Made by a program: the position numbers and the translations under genes. A DNA stretch of 64,000 bases from an uncultured archaeon (GTDB lineage Archaea; Thermoproteota; Nitrososphaeria; Nitrososphaerales; Gagatemarchaeaceae): positions 128,001 through 192,000 of the forward strand of contig CAWFOU010000001.1 in assembly GCA_963817525.1 (NCBI GenBank), in the 5' to 3' direction. Under the pieces are notes generated by a model. It was not told the DNA's origin and made no database searches. It was given only the letters and a program-made list of their open reading frames with translations. Positions 45,403 through 56,200 of this stretch are shown one piece after another; positions within the stretch are counted from its first letter, which is position 1, and the number at the start of each line of letters is the position of its first letter.

Positions 45403-47551
45403 TGAGAGCGTGAAGGAAGGCGAGGCACCAGAGGCAATCAGTCGCCGTCGACAGATGTCTGTCATCACAGGCCGTGTCCTCGAGGACTCGTTGGTGAGGC
45501 TCAGCCCGACGAGGCTGATCTCGAACCCGGTGATGCTGATCGTCGAGGTAACCTTCTTCGTCGTCGCAGCCATGGCCGTGTACCCGCAGGGATTCGCGTC
45601 AGTGGCAAATGTGAACGAGAGGCTCTTCTACGTCGAAATCGCGATCATACTCCTCGTCACGGTCTGGTTCAGCACCCTCTCCGACTCGCTCGCCGAGCAG
45701 CAGGCGAAGAACACCGCGAGCAGCCTCCGGAAGCTCGAGATGGAGGTGCCCAGCAAGAAGCTCGTAAGGGAAGGATGGTCTCAGAGCATAGTGCAAACCT
45801 CGTCGAAGGACCTCAGGAAGGGGGACCTCATACTACTGGAGAAGGGCGACATCGTCCCGCTGGATGCCGAGGTGCTCGAAGGGATTGCGATGGTCGACGA
45901 GTCCCTCCTGACGGGCGAGTCAGCCGCAGTAAAGAAAGCCCCTGGCGACGTCATGATAGGCGGGTCGCGGGTGGTGAGCGATACCCTGACGTGCAGGGTC
46001 ACCGCGAACCCGGGCGAGACCTACGTAGACCAGATGATCAGGATGGTCGAGTCCTCCAAGCGGCCGAAGACGCCGAACGAGCAGGCTGTGACGGTGGTCC
46101 TCATAGGGCTGACCGCCATCTTCACCATCATCATCGGGTCGCTCCTTGGCCTCTCCATAACGCTCAACCTGGGAGCAGACCTCTCCGTCCTCATAGCGCT
46201 CTACGTCTGCCTCCTCCCGACGACGATCGGCGCGCTCCTCCCCGCAATCGGCCTCTCGGGGATCTCCCGGCTCTACACCCACAAGATTGTCGCAAAGTCG
46301 GGCAAGGCCATAGAGACGGCCGGAGACGCCGACGTCATCCTACTTGACAAGACGGGCACCATCACCGTTGGAAACAGGCGGGCAATCGAGTTCCTGCCGA
46401 TAGCGGGGCACTCAGAGAGGGAAGTGGGCGAGGCCGCCTTCCTCTCCTCGTGGAGTGACGACACCCCAGAGGGTCGGAGTATAATCACGCTGGCCTACGA
46501 ACGGGGCTTTGTCCCTCGTGAGCTCAACATGCTCGCGCTTTCCGAGTTCCAGGAGTTCTCGGCGGCCACCCGAACAAGCGGGGTGAGGATAATGCGAGGG
46601 ACGGGTTTCGTCCCCGCCAAGGCGGACAAGTCGGGTGAGGCGAGGATGAGATACAGCAGAAAGTATGCGAGCGGGAGCGACAACGGCTTCGGGGAGATTG
46701 ACATCACGAAGGGGGCTCCAGACGCGATAAAGGGCTCGGTGGCCTCCGTGCCCGGTGACTTCGAGCCCATTGTCGACAAGATTGCGTCGGCCGGAGAGAC
46801 CCCGATGGCGATATCCCGCAACGGCGAGGCGATCGGCATCATCCGGCTCAAGGACGTGATGAAGGAGGGGATCAAAGAGAAGATTCAGGCCGTGAAGACT
46901 CTGGGCATTCGCCCAGTGATGATAACCGGCGATCAGCCCCTGACCGCGAAAGCGATCTCTGAGGAGGTGGGGATCACTGAGTACGTGCCCCGGACGAAGC
47001 CTGAGGACAAGTTCGAGATCGTCAAGAAGGAGCAGGCCCAGTCGAGGATAGTCGCGATGATAGGTGACGGCACCAACGACGCCCCCGCGCTGGCGATGGC
47101 CGACGTGGGGATGGCCATGAACTCGGGGACTGAGGCAGCGAAGGAGGCCGCGAACATGGTGGACCTCGAGTCGAACCCCGCGAAGATAATCGACGTCGTC
47201 ATGCTCGGGAAGCAGCTCCTGATGACGCGCGGCGCGGTCACCGCCTTCAGCATAGCCAACGACGTCGCGAAGTACTTCGCGATCATCCCCGTGCTCTTCG
47301 CCTCGACCATCCCCCAGCTCGAGGCCCTGAACATCCTGGGGCTGGGCCTGCACACGGCCGTGCTGTCCGCGCTGATCTTTAACGCCATCATCATACCCCT
47401 TCTGATCCCTCTCGCGATGAGAGGCGTCGCGTTCAAGCCCGCGGACACGATGACCATCTTCCTGAGGAACGTACTAATCTACGGCATCGGCGGTGTGATC
47501 GTCCCCTTCGTGGGAATCAAGCTCATCGACGTGCTGATCTCGGCCCTATAG
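45389..47551 (+). CDS. kdpB: K+-transporting ATPase subunit B (P-type)
   Basis: Motifs TGES, CLLPTTIG, DKTGT, KGA, TGD and GDGTNDAP; start uncertain (45389, 45410 or 45455). Confidence 0.97.
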   Translation: MGLGSESVKEGEAPEAISRRRQMSVITGRVLEDSLVRLSPTRLISNPVMLIVEVTFFVVAAMAVYPQGFASVANVNERLFYVEIAIILLVTVWFSTLSDSLAEQQAKNTASSLRKLEMEVPSKKLVREGWSQSIVQTSSKDLRKGDLILLEKGDIVPLDAEVLEGIAMVDESLLTGESAAVKKAPGDVMIGGSRVVSDTLTCRVTANPGETYVDQMIRMVESSKRPKTPNEQAVTVVLIGLTAIFTIIIGSLLGLSITLNLGADLSVLIALYVCLLPTTIGALLPAIGLSGISRLYTHKIVAKSGKAIETAGDADVILLDKTGTITVGNRRAIEFLPIAGHSEREVGEAAFLSSWSDDTPEGRSIITLAYERGFVPRELNMLALSEFQEFSAATRTSGVRIMRGTGFVPAKADKSGEARMRYSRKYASGSDNGFGEIDITKGAPDAIKGSVASVPGDFEPIVDKIASAGETPMAISRNGEAIGIIRLKDVMKEGIKEKIQAVKTLGIRPVMITGDQPLTAKAISEEVGITEYVPRTKPEDKFEIVKKEQAQSRIVAMIGDGTNDAPALAMADVGMAMNSGTEAAKEAANMVDLESNPAKIIDVVMLGKQLLMTRGAVTAFSIANDVAKYFAIIPVLFASTIPQLEALNILGLGLHTAVLSALIFNAIIIPLLIPLAMRGVAFKPADTMTIFLRNVLIYGIGGVIVPFVGIKLIDVLISAL

Positions 47552-47561
47552 GTGAAAGAGA

Positions 47562-48053
47562 ATGGTAGAATCCAACCAAAACCAAAGGAAGAAGGCCAGC
47601 CACGTCAGGCCGATCGTCGCCCTGGCGGTCGTCTCGTTCCTCATCGGCGGTCTGTTCTTCCCACTCGTGGTCACCGGGGTGGCCCAGGCCGTCTTCCCCT
47701 ACCAGGCCAACGGCGAGCAGGCCACGGTCAACGGGCACGTCGTGGGCTCGTTCATCGCGGTCAACTCCACTGACTATTCGCTTCCTATCTTCTTCCACCT
47801 CAGGAACGACTCGGCGTCGGGGTTCGACCCAGATGTCCCTCTCCAAGGGCCTGCCTCCGAGAGCCCCGCGGACTTGCAGATTCCGGGGATTAGCAACGCA
47901 ACGGGGATACCGGCTTCGACGCTCCAGGGTATAGTGAACCAGAACGTGGAGGGGGTCTGGTGGATATTCGGGAGCCCATACGTCAACGTACAGAAGGTGA
48001 ACCTGATCTTGATACACGACTTTCCTACGGTCTACGCCAACTACACGGGTTAG
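47562..48053 (+). CDS. kdpC: K+-transporting ATPase subunit C (short form)
   Basis: Motifs P..VTGVAQ..FPYQANG, SASGFDP and PYVNV..VN. Confidence 0.9.
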   Translation: MVESNQNQRKKASHVRPIVALAVVSFLIGGLFFPLVVTGVAQAVFPYQANGEQATVNGHVVGSFIAVNSTDYSLPIFFHLRNDSASGFDPDVPLQGPASESPADLQIPGISNATGIPASTLQGIVNQNVEGVWWIFGSPYVNVQKVNLILIHDFPTVYANYTG

Positions 48054-48367
48054 TGCTTAGCCTTCGCCCTCTCCCGCTTCCTCTTCTCTTCCTCGGCCTT
48101 GACTTTCTTTGCCTTCTGCTCGGCCTTCTTCTTGTCGAAGCTCCCAAGCGGGGCGTCGCTCTCCACGAAGCCGTGCGCGATCGTGATGATGTTCCTGACA
48201 AGCGCCTTGGTCTGGCTGTCGTTCTTGTAGAGGACCACCCTGAGGTTCCTCCTGTCTAGGACAGTGTAGTCCGGGGCCTTGTCCATCTTCTTTATCTCGT
48301 CGACCGCGCGCTCAAGCGCGTACTCGTTCCCGAAAAGCCCCCTCACCTCCCAGTCTCCCCCTGCCAT
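48050..48367 (-). CDS. Hypothetical protein with a Lys/Glu-rich C-terminal helix
   Basis: ATG 48367, host-like codon usage, alpha/beta core plus charged tail. Confidence 0.65.
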   Translation of the reverse strand: MAGGDWEVRGLFGNEYALERAVDEIKKMDKAPDYTVLDRRNLRVVLYKNDSQTKALVRNIITIAHGFVESDAPLGSFDKKKAEQKAKKVKAEEEKRKRERAKAKH

Positions 48368-48473
48368 GCCTCGAGCGCCCCAAGGAGGAAATAAAAGGAT
48401 TAGACGCAGGGAGGCGAAAGGCCGTTCCAGCTGGCTCACGCGTTAAATACTCCCGCTCGGCCCGGGAGTTTTC

Positions 48474-51400
48474 ATGACCGGCGGCGAAAAGTCGTTCGAT
48501 TTTGCCGTTGACAGGCTGGAGACCCAAAGAGGGCGGGCGGACTTTTACAACCTCCGCAAGGTCTCAGAGCGAGGGCACGACATCAGCCGCTTCCCCTACT
48601 CGATCAAGATACTACTGGAGAACGCGATCCGCCACTCAAGGTCGGTGGGCGGCGCCACAGAGGCGGCCAACCGCCTCCTCGAGTGGCCCAGGAGCGTCTC
48701 CTCCGAGTTCCCCTTCGTCCCCTACAGGGTGCTGCTTCAAGACTATACGGGCGTCCCCCTCATCGTGGACCTCGCGGCCCTGAGGGACGCCGTCTCGAAG
48801 CGGGGGAAGGACCCCGGGAAGATAAACTCCATCGCCCCCATCGACCTCGTCATTGACCACTCGGTGCAGGTGGACAGCTGGGGGAGCGCTGCGGCCTTCG
48901 AGTACAACATCGAAAAGGAGTATGAGAGGAGCTCCGAGAGGTACGCCCTCCTAAAGTGGGCGCAGGACTCGTTCAGGAACATGAGGGTCTTCCCCCCGGG
49001 GAAGGGCATCTGCCACCAGGTGAACCTGGAGTACCTTTCTACTGTCGTCGCCGTCGGAGAGAGGGACGGGAGGCGCTTCGCATGCCCGGACACGGTGGTA
49101 GGGACCGACTCTCACACGCCCATGGTCAACGGCCTAGGGGTCCTTGGTTGGGGGGTGGGGGGTTTGGAGGCCGAGGCTGCCATGCTGGGCGAGCCGTGCC
49201 ACATCCCGATCCCCCGCGTCGTTGGGGTGAAGCTCAAGGGCGACCTACAGGAAGGGGCGACCACCACCGACCTCGTGCTGGCTGTCACGGAGCTCCTGCG
49301 TTCCAAGAACGTCGTGGACGCCTTCGTCGAGTACTTTGGGGAGGGATACCTCCGGCTCTCAGTCCCCGACAGGGCGACGCTCGGGAACATGTCCCCCGAA
49401 TACGGGGCGACGGTCGGGTTCTCCCCCGTCGACGAGTCCACCCTCCGCTATCTCTATGACACGGGTAGGGACCAGGCACAGATCAAGCTCGTCGGGGAAT
49501 ACTGCAGGCTCCAGGGCCTCTTCCATGGGCCCGACTCGCTGGACCCCCGGTATTCCGAGGTCCTCGAGGTCGACCTGTCCAAGATAGAGCCCTCGATTGC
49601 GGGCCCTCGGAACCCGGAGGAGAGGAGGGTGCTGAGGGAAGTGCCTTCGCTGGCGCGCTCCCTCGCCGCCGAGCAGGCAAGGCTGCGCAGCGCGACCCCT
49701 CAAAGCCCTGGCCGAGCCTCTCCCCCCGCAGGCGCGGTCCAGCTTGAAAGGCAGATGCTCGTCCACGAGGGAGGCCCTCCGCAGAGCGCTGAAGGGCTCA
49801 CCGACGGGTCCGTGATAATCGCCGCGATAACAAGTTGCACCAACACCTCGAACCCGACCGTGATGATCGGGTCCGCCCTGCTCGCGCGCAACGCGGTGCG
49901 CATGGGGCTCGCGCCGAAGCCCTTCGTGAAGTGCAGCTTGGCGCCCGGCTCCACGGTCGTGAAGGACTACCTCGAGGGCTCGGGCCTCCTCACGTACCTT
50001 GACCAGCTCGGGTTCTACCTCGTGGGATACGGCTGCACGACCTGCATCGCTCAAGGGACGCCCGTTTTGTTGGCTGATGGTACGTGTCGACCCATCGAAA
50101 GCATACCGGTTGCAGGAGGCGCTTTGGTTCTCGGGCCCTCCTCGAGCCGCAGGTTAGGAATCGCCCGACAATCCGCGCTTATGGATATGGGCCGGCGCGA
50201 GTGTGTAGATTTGGTGCTCCAGGATGGACGGAAGCTGACCTGCACTCCCGATCATAGGATTCTCTGCTCGGACGGACGCTGGGTGAGGGCTGACGAACTC
50301 GTCCTGGGAAAGGACCGAGTAGTCGTGGGCCTTGAAGCTCCCCTCGATACCCCGCGGGTGGACGAGGCTGGTTACGTCTTACGTGCGGGGAATCTGATTT
50401 TCACGATGGACACAGAGCGTAATCGGGCGCGGACTCTAGCGTTCGCGCGGCTCCTCGGTCATCTTCTGGGTGATGGTTCAATCAGTGTCTACGGACAAGG
50501 TCGAATGAACGCAGGACAAGCGATCGACCGAGAGATCATGCTCAATGACATTGAATTGGTCACTGGACTAAGGCCGGCTGCAAATCGCTACGATGAACGA
50601 AAATGGTCAATCGCTCTTCCCATGGCTCTTGCGCGAGCCATCGTTGCGCTTCCGGGAGTGAAGGTGGGGAGGCGCGTCATGCAGTCGTCAGAACTTCCCG
50701 AGTTTGTCCTTCACGAAAACTGCCCCGTGTCAGTGGTCAGGGAGTTCTTGGGAGGGCTTTTCGGTGCTGATGGGCGTTCCCCATTTCTGAAGCGATGGGG
50801 AAAGGGCGAGGACGACATGAGCCTCGAGCACCCGGGATTTTCCCAGAGCACAATACCTGCCTACATCGGACAAACAAGAAGGATTCTGCAAGAAGTGCTT
50901 CGGCTGTTGGCCCGGACTGGTGTCGAGACCGAGGGTGCGAAGATGTACGAATATCCTACGAGAGCTAGTTCATCCTCCTACCCTGCGGCGAAGGATGGCG
51001 TGCCCCGGATCGAAGTGCGGCTGGATCTGACGAACGGGCTCTCTTTCATCGAGCATGTCGGATTCCGATACTGTGTCGACAAGTCCATGCGTGCAAGCGC
51101 CGCAGCCGTTTACTGGCGTCTTGTGCAGAACGTTCACGAGCAGCGTCTGTGGATGTCCGCTCGCCTCGAAGAAGTGCATCAAGATCGACCAACCCTGTCT
51201 TTCTCTCAGGCAAGGCGCCTTGCTACGGTGTCGCTGCTAAACGATTCGCCCGGAGACTTACCTCCAATAGTGTCGCCACACTATGCGCTTCTCGAAGGCT
51301 ACGATCGATTTTCGCGTCTGCCGAAAACGACTGACCGCAAGTTCCGGCCGCTCCATCGGGACAGCTCCAACTTTCCATCTCCAGGAGCGTTGTTCAGGCA

Positions 51401-52787
51401 GCTCGGAGTCACCGAGTGGTTCTCGCAACTCAGGGACGGCGAAGATGAAGCCAGCTCAAGGCAATACTGCGTCGAAAAAGAATCGATGACCCTGCCAACT
51501 TTTTCTCTACAGGTCGTCGAACGATGTCAGGCTGGCTCGAGACAGGTCTACGACCTGACCGTCGATGACGTACACTCATTCATTGCGGGGACCGTGGCAG
51601 TGCATAACTGCATCGGCAACAGCGGCCCCCTCTCTCCCGCTGTCGAGAGGGCGATAGCCGAGAAGGGCCTATACGCGGTCGCCGCGTTGAGCGGCAACCG
51701 GAACTTCGACGGGCGCATCAACCCGCTCGCCAGGGGGGCGTTCCTCATGTCCCCCATGCTCGTGGTGGCCTACGCGCTCGCTGGCAACATCGACTTTGAT
51801 TTTTTCAACAAACCCCTCGGCTTGGGCAAGGACGACGGCAAGCCCGTCTTCCTGAAGGACCTATGGCCTAGCCTGAAGGAGATCAAGCAGGTCGCGGAGA
51901 TGTCGCTGAGCCGCGACCTCTACCAGAAGAGGTACGCGGACGCCCTGGTCGGCGACGAAAAGTGGAGCAAGCTCTCCTCCGACTCGGGGGCGACCTTCCC
52001 CTGGGACGACGCATCGACCTACGTGAGGAGCCCGCCCTGGTTCTCTTCGGAGAGCGGGCCCTTGCCCGGCAAGGGGGCACGCGACGACATCGTCGGCGCG
52101 AGGGCTCTCGCGCTCTTCGAGGACAAGATAACCACAGACCACATATCGCCCGCCGGGGCGATACCCGCGGACGGCCCAGCCGCCGAATACCTTCTCGAGC
52201 ACGGCGTGGACTACGTCCACTTCAGCACCTACGGGAGCAGGAGGGGGAACCACGAAGTGATGGTCAGGGGCACCTTCAGCAACCTCCGCCTCAAGAACCT
52301 CCTCGCCGAGGGCAGGATCGGGGGGTATACGAAGCACTTTCCGAGCGGGGAGGTGATGACGATCTACGACGCGGCGGTCAAATACCTGAAGGACGGGGTC
52401 CCCCTCGTGGTCGTGGCGGGCAAGCAGTACGGCGGCGGGAGCTCGCGCGACTGGGCGGCGAAAGGCCCCAAACTCCTGGGCGTAAAGGCGGTCATCGCGG
52501 AGAGCTTCGAGAGGATCCACCGCAGCAACCTCGTGGCCATGGGCGTCCTCCCCCTGGAGTTCGTGCCAGGAGAGGGCGCGAAGGCCTTGGGGCTGAGGGG
52601 GGACGAGGTCTTCTCCATCTCAGGGATGAAAGGCCTCAAGCCCGGGGCGACGGTCGAGGCCACCGCGCTGTCAAAAGGGAAGGAGGTGCGCTTCAAGCTA
52701 AAGGCGAGGATAGACAACCAGACCGAGATGTCCTATTTCGACAGCGGGGGCGTCCTCCCGTTCACCCTAGGCCGGCTGGCCTCCTGA
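48474..52787 (+). CDS. acnA: Aconitate hydratase A precursor (915-aa extein plus 522-aa intein)
   Basis: Motifs QDYTG, DHS, GICHQVNLE, GTDSHT, AITSCTNTSN, GYGCTT|CIGNSG, SGNRNF, TTDHISP and GSSRDWAAKG. Confidence 0.96.
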   Translation: MTGGEKSFDFAVDRLETQRGRADFYNLRKVSERGHDISRFPYSIKILLENAIRHSRSVGGATEAANRLLEWPRSVSSEFPFVPYRVLLQDYTGVPLIVDLAALRDAVSKRGKDPGKINSIAPIDLVIDHSVQVDSWGSAAAFEYNIEKEYERSSERYALLKWAQDSFRNMRVFPPGKGICHQVNLEYLSTVVAVGERDGRRFACPDTVVGTDSHTPMVNGLGVLGWGVGGLEAEAAMLGEPCHIPIPRVVGVKLKGDLQEGATTTDLVLAVTELLRSKNVVDAFVEYFGEGYLRLSVPDRATLGNMSPEYGATVGFSPVDESTLRYLYDTGRDQAQIKLVGEYCRLQGLFHGPDSLDPRYSEVLEVDLSKIEPSIAGPRNPEERRVLREVPSLARSLAAEQARLRSATPQSPGRASPPAGAVQLERQMLVHEGGPPQSAEGLTDGSVIIAAITSCTNTSNPTVMIGSALLARNAVRMGLAPKPFVKCSLAPGSTVVKDYLEGSGLLTYLDQLGFYLVGYGCTTCIAQGTPVLLADGTCRPIESIPVAGGALVLGPSSSRRLGIARQSALMDMGRRECVDLVLQDGRKLTCTPDHRILCSDGRWVRADELVLGKDRVVVGLEAPLDTPRVDEAGYVLRAGNLIFTMDTERNRARTLAFARLLGHLLGDGSISVYGQGRMNAGQAIDREIMLNDIELVTGLRPAANRYDERKWSIALPMALARAIVALPGVKVGRRVMQSSELPEFVLHENCPVSVVREFLGGLFGADGRSPFLKRWGKGEDDMSLEHPGFSQSTIPAYIGQTRRILQEVLRLLARTGVETEGAKMYEYPTRASSSSYPAAKDGVPRIEVRLDLTNGLSFIEHVGFRYCVDKSMRASAAAVYWRLVQNVHEQRLWMSARLEEVHQDRPTLSFSQARRLATVSLLNDSPGDLPPIVSPHYALLEGYDRFSRLPKTTDRKFRPLHRDSSNFPSPGALFRQLGVTEWFSQLRDGEDEASSRQYCVEKESMTLPTFSLQVVERCQAGSRQVYDLTVDDVHSFIAGTVAVHNCIGNSGPLSPAVERAIAEKGLYAVAALSGNRNFDGRINPLARGAFLMSPMLVVAYALAGNIDFDFFNKPLGLGKDDGKPVFLKDLWPSLKEIKQVAEMSLSRDLYQKRYADALVGDEKWSKLSSDSGATFPWDDASTYVRSPPWFSSESGPLPGKGARDDIVGARALALFEDKITTDHISPAGAIPADGPAAEYLLEHGVDYVHFSTYGSRRGNHEVMVRGTFSNLRLKNLLAEGRIGGYTKHFPSGEVMTIYDAAVKYLKDGVPLVVVAGKQYGGGSSRDWAAKGPKLLGVKAVIAESFERIHRSNLVAMGVLPLEFVPGEGAKALGLRGDEVFSISGMKGLKPGATVEATALSKGKEVRFKLKARIDNQTEMSYFDSGGVLPFTLGRLAS
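50043..51608 (+). mobile_element. Intein with LAGLIDADG homing endonuclease in AcnA
   Basis: Block A CIAQGTPV...DG, block B TPDH, LAGLIDADG helices LLGHLLGDG and FLGGLFGADG, block F VYDLTV, block G VHN followed by Cys+1. Confidence 0.95.
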
Positions 52788-52910
52788 CGGGCGCCGGGAA
52801 ACCGCTGCCAAATTCTTAAATAACTCCGCCAATCATGCTTTTTTTGGGTCCTTTAGAGTGTATTCTAGACCTATCTTAGGGTCAAATATGAATGGAGAGG
52901 CGACGTTCTG

Positions 52911-53195
52911 ATGCCAGCGAAAGCAAAGGCTACGCGGGCGAAGAAGAAGGAAGAGGAGCTTCCTTTCAAGATCACAGACCACCTGCTCGTCCCGAAGCAC
53001 GAGCTCATGCCCCCTGAGGAGTCTGCGGCCGTCCTCAAGAGATACAACGCCTCTCCTCACGAGTTCCCGTTCGTGCTCTCGACCGACCCCGCGGCCAAGG
53101 GGATAGGCGCAAAGCCAGGAGATTTTGTGAAGGTCACGAGGGCTAGCGAGACCGCAGGCGAGACCGTCTACTACAGATATGTGGTGGAGGCGTAG
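52911..53195 (+). CDS. rpo5: RNA polymerase subunit Rpo5 (H)
   Basis: Motifs H.LVPKHE, DP, G.KPGD.V and SETAG...YYRYV. Confidence 0.96.
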   Translation: MPAKAKATRAKKKEEELPFKITDHLLVPKHELMPPEESAAVLKRYNASPHEFPFVLSTDPAAKGIGAKPGDFVKVTRASETAGETVYYRYVVEA

Positions 53196-53200
53196 AGATT

Positions 53201-56200
53201 ATGGCGACTACAACAAAGCAGTTGGACTCATGGGCAGTGCTGCGAGACATCCTCCAGAGGGAGGGAGTGGCGAGGCAGCACCTTAACAGCTACAACGAGT
53301 TCATCGCGAAGGGTCTCCAGTCGATCATCGACGAGATCGCGGAGACAGAGATCGAGACCGTAAGCACCCCCTACAAGGTAAAGTTTGGAAGGGTGGAGCT
53401 AGGCAGGCCCAGGATCGTAGAGATCGACGGGTCGGTCAGCAACATCTTCCCGATGGAGGCGAGACTCAGGAACCTTTCCTACTCTTCCCCGATCTACCTC
53501 GACATGACCATCGAGGAGGAGGGAATGTCCCGCGAAGCCACACGCCAACACATCGGCGACCTCCCAGTGATGGTAAAGTCGGACCTTTGCCAGCTCTCCA
53601 AGATGACCAAGGAGCAGCTGGTCATGTCGGGCGAAGACCCGAACGACCCCGGAGGATACTTCATCATCAACGGCTCGGAGAGGGTCATCGTAGGGCTCGA
53701 GGACCTGTCCCCCAACAAGATCCTCGTCGACCTCGAGAAGGTCGGCGCGGTCTCCACTTACAAGGCCCGGGTCTACTCGTCCGTCGTGGGCTACAGGTCG
53801 AAGCTAGAGGCCACGCTGAAACAGGACGGCTCGATCAACGTGAAGGTCCCGAGCTGCCCGATAGACATCCCGTTCGTCATAGTGATGCGCGCGCTCGGCT
53901 TCAAGTCCGACAAGGACATCGCCAACGCCGTGTCTCCAAAGCCGGAGATCCAGGACCTGCTCGAGGTCTCCTTCGACAAGGCCAACGAGGCCCCCACCGA
54001 GAAGGACGCGCTCGTCTACATCGGCAACAGGGTCGCCCACGGCATGCTCGAGGAGTACAGGATCAAGCGCGCCCTGTCGATGCTCGACTGGGGATTCCTG
54101 CCGCACCTGGGCAAGTCGGACGACAAGAGGTACGACAAGGCCATGTTCCTCGGCGAGGCGGTCTGCAAGCTTCTAGAGCTCAGGCTGGGGTGGACGGAGC
54201 CCGACGACAAGGACCACTATGGAAACAAGGTGATAAAGTTCGCAGGGCAGATGCTCGCGGACCTCTTCCGCACTTCGTTCAGGAACCTCGTGCGCGACAT
54301 GAAGTACCAGCTCGAGAGGGCGGGCCAGAAGAGGGGAGGCAACGTGGTCGGCGCGGCAATCAGGACGGGCATCATCACGGACAAGCTCAACAACGCCATC
54401 GCCACGGGCAACTGGGGCCGGGGGAAGGTGGGGGTCACGCAACTCCTAGACAGGACCAACTACCTCAGCACCCTGTCGCACCTCAGGCGCATCCAGTCGC
54501 CCCTCAGCAGATCCCAGCCCAACTTCGAGGCGAGAGACCTCCACGCGACGCACTTTGGGAGGGTCTGTCCCTCTGAGACGCCCGAGGGCGTCAACTGCGG
54601 CCTCGTGAAGAACCTGGCGCTCTCCGCGACCATCTCGGTCAGCGTCCCACCGGCGGAGGTGGAAGAGCGGCTCTGGGAACTAGGGGCCAAGTCAATACGC
54701 GACATCCCCGAGAAGCTCGCGCTCGAGGGCACCAAGATTTTCATGGACGGCCGGTTCATCGGCTACGTAGACGACGGCGAAAGGCTGGCCAAGGCGTTCC
54801 GCAAGCTCCGCAGGGAGGGCCAGATACACCCCAGCGCGAGCGTCATGTTCTACGAGGCGGCCAACAAGAAGGGCTACTCGCGGCTCTACATCAGCCTGAG
54901 CGCTGGCAGGGTCATCCGCCCGCTCATCGTCGTGGAGAACGCAAAGCCCCTCCTGACGCAGGAGATGGTCGGCAAGATCGCCGCCAACGAGCTCACGTGG
55001 AGGGACATCGTGGAGAGGGGCATCATTGAGATGCTCGACGCCAACGAGGAAGAGAACTGCCTCGTGGCGATGTCTCCCGAAGAGGCCACCACGAAGCATA
55101 CCCACCTGGAGCTCTACCCCGGCGCAATGTTCGGGATAGCCGCGTCGATCATCCCATACCCTGAGCACAACCAGTCGCCCAGGAACACCTACGAGTCCGC
55201 CATGGCCAAGCAGAGTCTGGGCTTCTCGACGCCGACCTTCCCTCTCTCGACCTTCGTCAGGCAGCACCTTTTGGTCAACCCCCAGTCGCCAATGGTCAAG
55301 ACCAAGAGCACCGAGCTCCTGAACATCGACGAGAGGCCGTTCGGGACCAACGCGGTCGTCGCGGTCCTTTCGTTCGAGGGCTACAACATAGAGGACGCCA
55401 TCGTCATGAACAAGTCCTCGATCGAGCGCGGATTCTGTCGCTCCTTCTTCTACAGGCTCTACGAGGCGGAGTCGAAGCAGTACCTTGGCGGGATGAGGGA
55501 CACCTTCGAGGTCCCCTCCGCAGAGTCCAACATCAGGGGCTACCGCGGCGAGAAGTTCTACCGCCTCCTAGAGGCAGACGGGGTCGTCATGCACGAGGCC
55601 ACGGTGACCGGCGGTGACGCCGTCATCGGCAGGACCAGCCCGCCTCGCTTCATGGAGGAGTACAAGGAGTTCGAGATCAAGGGGCCCTATAGGAGGGACA
55701 CCTCGGTGGCAGTCAGGCCCACGGAGACGGGCGTCGTCGACTCGGTGTTCATGACGGAGAACGTGGAGGGCGGGAAGATGTACAAGGTCAGGGTCCGCGA
55801 CATGAGGACCCCCGAGATAGGCGACAAGTTCGCGTCGCGCCACGGGCAGAAGGGCGTGGTGGGGCTGGTCGTCCCCCAGGAGGACATGCCTTACACCGCC
55901 GACGGAGTCGTCCCCGATGTCATTATCAACCCGCACGCATTCCCTTCGAGGATGACCGTGGGGCAGTTCATCGAGTCCATATCGGGCAAGGCAGCCTCCC
56001 TCAGGGGCTCCTCGGCAGACGGCACGGCCTTCGCGGGAGAGACCCCGGAGGAGATGAGCAAGATCCTCGCCGAGAGGGGCTTCGAGTCCACCGGCAGGGA
56101 GGTCCTCTACGACGGCAAGACCGGGAGGAAGTTCGCGGTCGACGTCTTCATCGGCGTGGTCTACTACCAGAAGCTCCACCACATGGTGGCCGACAAGATC

